A DNA stretch of 31,998 bases from Eledone cirrhosa. Taxonomy: Eukaryota. Positions 25,772 through 31,998 of the stretch are shown here, piece after piece. Each line of letters opens with the position of its first letter. The stretch's first letter is position 1. The notes under the pieces are model-generated. The model was not told where the DNA came from and ran no database searches. It was given only the letters and a program-made list of their open reading frames with translations. A program made the position numbers and the translations under genes. Location of the stretch: contig CAXHJY010000318.1 of assembly GCA_964016885.1 (NCBI GenBank), forward strand, positions 1-31,998, read 5' to 3'.

Positions 25772-25926
25772 AACAGTCGACCCCGGCACTAGACTTGCAT
25801 GTTTTTATCGATCTCGAAAGGATGAAAAGAAAGTTTTCCTCCGCGGGATTTGAACTCAGAACAGAGTTGGAAAGAACACTGCAAAGCATTCTATCCGATC
25901 TTCTAACGACTCTGTTAATTCGCCGC
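25772..25926 (-). mobile_element. tRNA-derived SINE with Meta/MESC-like central domain
   Basis: Minus strand GCGGCGAATTAACAGAGTCGTTAG ... GAGTTCAAATCCC ... TTTCATCCTTTCGAGATCGATAAA. Confidence 0.75.
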
Positions 25927-25944
25927 TTTTTAATATGATATGAT

Positions 25945-26152
25945 TACTACGTTAAGCACAAGGCCAGTAATTTTTGTGGGGAGGAGACAGTCGATTAAAT
26001 CGACCTCAGTGCATTACTGGTATTGACCCCGAAAGAATGAAAAGCAAAGTTGACCTGGGCGGGCTTTGAACTCAGAGAGCAGTGAACCAGAGCGAATACC
26101 ACAAAACATTCTATCCTGTGTTCTAACAACACTGCCAGTTCACCCTCACCTT
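25945..26152 (-). mobile_element. tRNA-derived SINE, same family
   Basis: Minus strand GGTGAACTGGCAGTGTTGTTAG ... GAGTTCAAAGCCCGCCCAGGTCAACTTTGCTTTTCATTCTTTCGGGGTCAAT ... GGCCTTGTGC. Confidence 0.8.
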
Positions 26153-26644
26153 TAACATAATATATGACGGATTTAAAATGGAAAGTTTGATAACAGTACT
26201 TGAGCCAGTTCACCAGCTTTAATATAAGAGATGACATCTTTAAAATGGACATAACAGTACCTCAGAGGCGGGTTACTTTCAAAAGGGTTAACAATCTATC
26301 TATAAACTTTGGTATCTTCTTAATTGAAGTTGAACCATATTCCTCCTACTGTACCCACTAAAATTCTTAAAACGTCTGCCGCTATCTATTTTCTGTTTTA
26401 CTGAAACTAATTACATTTTCGTAACAGTTTTTTGCTTATTACTTTATTGAATAATATATTTTTTACTGTTTTAATTAATTAGAGAAACTAAGAACACATT
26501 TCTTTTTGAAGTTCATTAAAGGAAATCTCTTTCTATTTATTAATCACTTGTGAAATTAGACATTTTAATATCTCTCTGGTCATCTTATCTCTTCAGATGA
26601 TTCTGAATTGGTAGAAAAAAGTTATTTTGTAACTTACATTGTTT

Positions 26645-26982
26645 GTGCACACACACACACACACACATGCACACGTGAACGCATACATAAACACAAATAC
26701 ACATACATAAACATGCACATGCACACGAACACATTCATAAACACGATAAGAAACACACACACATGCATAAACACACATACAAACATAAACGCGTACACAT
26801 AGAAACACATAAACACGCACACATACATAATCACACATACAAACACGCACACAAACATAGTATGATATGCATATATTACGCATCTAAAAACATTTATACA
26901 TTGCACGCATAAAACATTTATACATTGTATGCATACACATGTATACGATGTACGTGAAGAGTCTATATATATATATATATAT
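26645..26982. repeat. Degenerate (CA)n/(TA)n microsatellite
   Basis: Seen directly. Confidence 0.9.
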
Positions 26983-27220
26983 AGTAGTAGTAAAAGTTAG
27001 GGGGATTTATCCAAGGGTAACAGCACTCAGTGCAAAGGACGAGTTTAGTATAATTATTTATATATATATATATAATACTTACGGAAGTTAAGTTGAAACG
27101 ACCAGGGCACAGCGTTAGGATTTTACCTTTTCACTCTACCCACTCTGCATCTCATCATATATCGACTAATACATCATCTTCCCAGTTCTCGCACTCATGC
27201 AAATTTATATACACACACAC

Positions 27221-27300
27221 GGCGCCTGCCAAAACTGCTTGCGGTCGGGATTTTACATATCTCTATACTAATTCTGCATTGAGTACTCCTATGTATAATG
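27221..27300 (+). mobile_element. pLTR remnant with decayed 3'-half hammerhead
   Basis: GGCGCCTGCC-AAAA-CTGC tt GCGG-TC-GGGA (GAAA apparently decayed), followed by GCATTGAGTACT. Confidence 0.45.
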
Positions 27301-27360
27301 CCCCCCCCCCCCCCGCACCCCCCCTCTCTCTCTCTCTCTCTTTATATATATATATATATA

Positions 27361-27544
27361 AACAAAGAGGGTGTGGTAAGATACCAGGTGGACCATAACG
27401 CACCAGAGTATTCAATACTAAGAGTAGTAGAGTGGGTAATAGGAAAAGAGTCACGACCCCGACGGCTGAGCTCCGGCCGTTTCGACAGCTGGATCTGTCG
27501 AAACGGCCGGAGCTCAGCCGTTGGGGTCCTGACTCTTTTCCTAT
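27361..27544 (-). mobile_element. Penelope-like pLTR remnant ending in a 50-bp-arm fold-back (27439-27544)
   Basis: Arms 27439-27488 and 27495-27544 with a 6-nt loop and 2 mismatches. Each arm has GAAA-CGGC..GCCG-TY but no CTGANGA. Confidence 0.7.
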
Positions 27545-27614
27545 ATCATCATCATCATCATCATCATCAACGTTTAACGTCCGTGTTCCACGCTTGCATG
27601 GGTTTGGACGGGGG
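27545..27614 (-). mobile_element. Extreme 3' end of the RTE family with (GAT)n tail
   Basis: Reverse complement of about 20758-20824. Confidence 0.85.
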
Positions 27615-27653
27615 TATAAATATAGTTATGTAATAAACAACATAAGATAATTA

Positions 27654-27714
27654 TTTCATTTACCAGTGGTTTCTTGAAAGCAAGCAAAATTTGCTTTCAG
27701 TCATCAGAATGAAA
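27654..27714 (-). ncRNA. Type I hammerhead ribozyme (left arm)
   Basis: Exact reverse complement of 28186-28246. Confidence 0.85.
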
Positions 27715-28185
27715 AAATCCTGGTGTATTTATTGACAGTGGATTTTAAAAAAAATGAAAAAATCCTGGTGTATTTATTGACAGTGGATTTTTAAAAAAAT
27801 GAAAAAATCCTGGTGTATTTATTGACAGTGGATTTTAAAAAAAATGAAAAAATCCTGGTGTATTTATTGACGGTGGATTTTTAAAAAAATGAAAAAATCC
27901 TGGTGTATTTATTGACAGTGGATTTTTTAAAAAAATGAAAAAATCCTGGTGTATTTATTGACAGTGGATTTTTAAAAAAATGAAAAAATCGAGGTGTATT
28001 TATTGACAGTGGATTTTAAAAAAAATGAAAAAATCCTGGTGTATTTATTGACAGTGGATTTTTAGAAAAAATGAAAAAATCCTGGTGTATTTATTGACAG
28101 TGGATTTTTAAAAAAATGAAAAAATCCTGGTTTATTTATTGACAGTGGATTTTAAAATCCACTGTCAACAAATACACCAGGATTT

Positions 28186-28246
28186 TTTCATTCTGATGAC
28201 TGAAAGCAAATTTTGCTTGCTTTCAAGAAACCACTGGTAAATGAAA
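28186..28246 (+). ncRNA. Type I hammerhead ribozyme (right arm)
   Basis: TTTCATT-CTGATGA-cTGAAAGCAA attttgc TTGCTTTCAa-GAAA-CCA c TGG-TA-AATGAAA: 7-bp stem I, 9-bp stem II, 3-bp stem III. Confidence 0.88.
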
Positions 28247-28418
28247 TAATTATCTTATGTTGTTTATTACATAACTAATAAGCTCTGTAACCTACATAGA
28301 GCACTCTTTTTTTCCTGGACCTTTCCGACGGAATTACTTCATCTATATAAATATATGTTAAGTATTTTCAAAGAAAAAGGAAAGGAAATTATATATATAT
28401 ATTAGTGAGTATAATATA

Positions 28419-28462
<44 letters not shown>

Positions 28463-28775
28463 CACTAGCTAACGGTAGTATAAAGACACAGTGAGTGTCA
28501 CAAGCTCTTGTTTCATCTCCTTCATCTCTACAATCTTCCTTCTCATCCCCCCCCCCCCCCGTTATCCCTACTTTCACGGTTATTTATTTAACCCACCACA
28601 CAAACCCTCCTCCGATCAACTAAACTGTGCTGGGATCATTATACGACACAGAGCGGAGAGAGAAGTTCAATGACTAGCGACAGATATCATCTTACTATAT
28701 ACTTTGTTCAACCATTCTATCAGCGTTTTGCTGCTTTACTTCGCTTCAGCAATCACCAAAAACACACACTCTCTT

Positions 28776-28836
<61 letters not shown>

Positions 28837-28854
28837 AAAGAATTGGTGGACAGA

Positions 28855-29060
28855 TTTTATAGGCAAAACTAAGCAGTAAGAGACCCAGATGTAGACTCCA
28901 AGCAAAATAACATCCATGAGCTTGGCTGGTCACACTTTGGGATCTAGCTGGATCAGTTAGAGATGGTTGCTTCTGACAGGACCTGCTAGAAGGAGTGTTT
29001 GAGGCGCTCTTCTCCCACCACAATCTTCTCAGGAATATGTGGGTGAAGTTTTTGATAAGT
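28855..29060 (+). mobile_element. Degenerate 3' end of an RTE (Rex3/Expander-like) LINE
   Basis: SKRPRCR ... NIHELGWSHFGI*LDQLEMVASDRTC*KECLR. Homologous to 2420-2640. Confidence 0.65.
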
Positions 29061-29984
29061 CTTGAAGCGTTGATAATAAACTGGAAACAAGTTTGTCACA
29101 TTACATATATACTCGAAATATATTATGTCTATATTACTGATGTTAAAACTAGCAATCAGAGATTTTATTACCGATAACTTCCTTTTTGACATATTTCTAA
29201 TAAATGACATGCTGCTGTTGAAATCGTTTGAAAATAATCAAGAATTGGTAGTTTTAGTAATATAACTAATATTCTCATTACTAATGTTTGTGCTGAGGGC
29301 AGTGGATTAACAGTATCCGTAAAACGTTGGACAACATACTTTGCAGCATAGATTTATGGCCCTTTACATCTGAGTTAAAATCCTCAGAAGTTAGCTTTCT
29401 AAACTTCACGTTACAAACATACTTCCAAATTTAGTATTGTTTCATAATTTTTAACAAATACAATTTGGTGATAGGAAACAACAAAAAAAAAAAAAAAAGG
29501 TCAACCTCAGAGTATGACTGGTATTTTATTGACCCTGAAACAATGAAAAGTAAAGCAGGGCTTGAATTCAGGAAAATGATACTCTTTCACCTCTCTGCTT
29601 GTTCCAGTCAATGAGCTGAGGCCATGCTGGTGCAATGCCATGTAATAAGAAATATGCTGCATCAGACAGGAACCTGGGCTATCTGAATGGTAGACAAATA
29701 TTCAACCATACAACCACCAAGTTATGCTGGGGGCACTGCCATGAGAAAAAAATACATTATATCGGACAGATAAAGAACCTGATCTATCTGTATGGTAGAC
29801 TTTAACTACACAACCACCAATAATTATTAAACAAAATTTAATACTGGTTCCTAACATGGCAGAAGGTTCTTCTTACCTGAGTTGGTTTTCTCGTTGCTTT
29901 GGTTCATGTGGCTGGGTCACCGGTCGCAGTCTTGAATTTGTCAAGCTTTCTAACGTATGTTATTACTTTAAGTAATAGTAGAGG

Positions 29985-30150
29985 GACGGACGCCATGCGT
30001 TGCAGCATAGAGTTACGGCCCTTTATGGTCTGAGTTCAAATCCCGCTGAGGTTAACTTTGCCTTTCATCCTTACAGGGTCGATAAAATAAAGTACCAGTA
30101 ATGCACTGGGATAATTGCTGGCCTTGTGCCAAAAGTAGAAATAGTTATTA
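29985..30150 (+). mobile_element. SINE with Meta/MESC-like domain (more decayed pieces at about 29297-29400 + and 29495-29570 -)
   Basis: GAGTTCAAATCCCGCTGAGGTTAACTTTGCCTTTCATCCTTACAGGGTCGATAAAATAAAGTACCAG. Confidence 0.8.
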
Positions 30151-30591
30151 CTTTAAGGTGACATAACCTTATCGAGTGCTTCGCTGCACATTCCTGATTG
30201 TATATCGTTAGCTTGGCCACAGCCAAAACTTCGATTTTAGTAAACTTCCATTTCTGTATATATAAATTTGAAAAAAAAGGAAAAGAATGACTTCACTTGT
30301 AGTTCTAAATAATTTGATTTAATTTTATAATATTATAATATTATGAGTTGGTAGATCTAGTAAGTTCTTTGTTAACATCGGTGGGAAGAATTTTAAAGAT
30401 TCCTGGTTAACTTTCTTGGAGAACTTTCTCGCATTCATCGGTGGGGATTGTCAAACTGAGATCAGGTTGTGTTGTGATGTGTGACGCTATATTTAAGAGA
30501 GATTTGGATGTGTCTGCGGGGTGGGGTGCGGTGTTAATGAGTGTGAGAGTGAAGGAGTGTTGATGAAGGTTTAAAGGAATTAAAGCACGAA

Positions 30592-30632
<41 letters not shown>

Positions 30633-30935
30633 GTGAAGTTGACAGCAAGATAAGTGTTTAGAAAGGCTTGGTAAAAATTCCCTTCCTGCTGGTTCAATTT
30701 CAATAGATGACCTTTGATGAATATAATGGCAGGATGTTTTTCAAATTCGTTTCTTATAGCTGAATCAACTCTCTTAAATTTATAAAAAATATCTTCTACA
30801 AATTTCTATATCAAAGATGAATTTCGGTGTGTGTCTGGTGGTGGTGGGTTTTAATGAGGATCTCACACATTTTCCAATATCTCTCTCTCTCTCTTTCTTT
30901 TGAATTCATTATTTTAACCACTAAGCCATGCCTCC

Positions 30936-31217
30936 TATAGATGTATATATATATATCTATCTAGATATATCTATATAGATAGATATATATCTATCTATAT
31001 ACATATATCTATATAGATATATATATCTATATATCTATATCTATATATGTCTATAGATATATATAATCTCTATATATATCTATAGACATAAATATATATA
31101 TCTATGTGTATATATATATATATAGCTATATATATATATATATATATAGCTATATATATATATATATATATCTATATATATATATATAGCTATATATATA
31201 TCTATATATATATATAG

Positions 31218-31311
<94 letters not shown>

Positions 31312-31625
31312 CTATATATATATATATAGCTATATATATATCTATATATATATATAGCTATATATATATATGTATATATATATATCTATATATGTATATA
31401 GATATATATATATGTATATATATATATCTATATATGTATATAGATATATATATATGTATATATATATATCTATATATGTATATAGATATATATATATGTA
31501 TATATATATATCTATATATGTATATATATATATCTATATATGTATATAGATATATATATATGTATATATATATATCTATATATGTATATAGATATATATA
31601 TATCTATATATGTATATATATATGT
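30936..31625. repeat. (TA)n microsatellite with TAGA/TCTA/TAGC variants and a 42-bp higher-order unit
   Basis: Seen directly. The translation [14 protein letters not shown] repeats from 31392. Confidence 0.9.
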
Positions 31626-31654
31626 AGGAGGTGAGTTTTATTGTAGTACAATAA

Positions 31655-31998
31655 AGCAATGCAGATATCAGAAAAAATAGGAAAAAATATCGTAAAACCA
31701 ACCATGATAATTTAGAATACATAAACTTTGAAGCCTCTGAGATTATGTCAGAACTTGGCATTGAAAAAAAGACCGAACCATTCCTCCCAAGAACTCCGAG
31801 GATAAATCTCAAGGATCACAAAAACAATTTTCGCACTGAACTACCTGTTAGATTAATCGCCCCCTCTAAATCAGATCTGGGAGTTGTTAGTAAAGCCATC
31901 TTGGATAGAAATATCCCACAGGTTCGTTCTAATTGCTCTTCTTTGAACCTAAATTTATGGTTTGGTGCTTCTGAAGTGATTAGTTGGTTCAACAAATT
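31655..31998 (+). CDS. Penelope-like reverse transcriptase N-terminal region (5'-truncated, runs off window)
   Basis: Open frame absent from the track: [78 protein letters not shown]...[21 protein letters not shown]...RLI.P.KS..G..SK.ILD is a Penelope-like RT motif 1/2 pattern. Confidence 0.8.

Larger units (their letters stand above)
27623..28277. repeat. Fold-back element: ~124-bp inverted arms enclosing about 10 copies of a ~45-bp tandem unit
   Basis: Unit AATGAAAAAATCCTGGTGTATTTATTGACAGTGGATTTTAAAAAA (27708-28153). Symmetry centre at 28153/28154. Outer arms are exact reverse complements. Confidence 0.95.

Noticed and set aside
27085-27125. GAAA-CG...CG-TT possible half hammerhead
   Set aside because: Stem III is too weak and there is no CTGANGA.
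27708-28153. CRISPR-like regular array
   Set aside because: Units are contiguous near-identical tandem repeats with no unique spacers, in a eukaryotic context without cas genes.
29878-29949. Possible - strand exon with CAG/GTAAGA donor
   Set aside because: Poor acceptor and unrecognisable peptide.
30407-30703. 98-aa minus ORF, perhaps a decayed retroelement
   Set aside because: Interrupted by a (CA)n tract, and no diagnostic motif was found.

Overview
Eukaryotic, AT-rich, repeat-dominated DNA with no host gene I can support. The SINE families and (TA)n/(TATG)n landscape resemble cephalopod (octopus-like) genomes; this is recognition, not a search result. The core (about 4.4-25.1 kb) is a giant TA-based microsatellite field interrupted by young retroelements: RTE LINEs whose reverse transcriptase has a PHD finger inserted inside it, a CR1-group LINE with an uninterrupted 811-codon frame, two Penelope-like (GIY-YIG) 3' fragments, and five co-oriented copies of a ~600-bp bipartite RTE-derived non-autonomous element. 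A third Penelope-like RT starts at the window end. The most striking signal is a dense set of type I hammerhead ribozyme motifs from several different Penelope-like pseudo-LTR families: about nine complete cores plus several half-cores. They include a U3:A8 covariant core, one with a ~115-nt stem II, and three fold-back palindromes that place a (half-)hammerhead on each strand. A short motif resembling CATTGAGTACT recurs downstream of several of them. All folds were paired by eye. Most ORFs in the track (Y/I/M/C/V/H/T-rich) are microsatellite artefacts.
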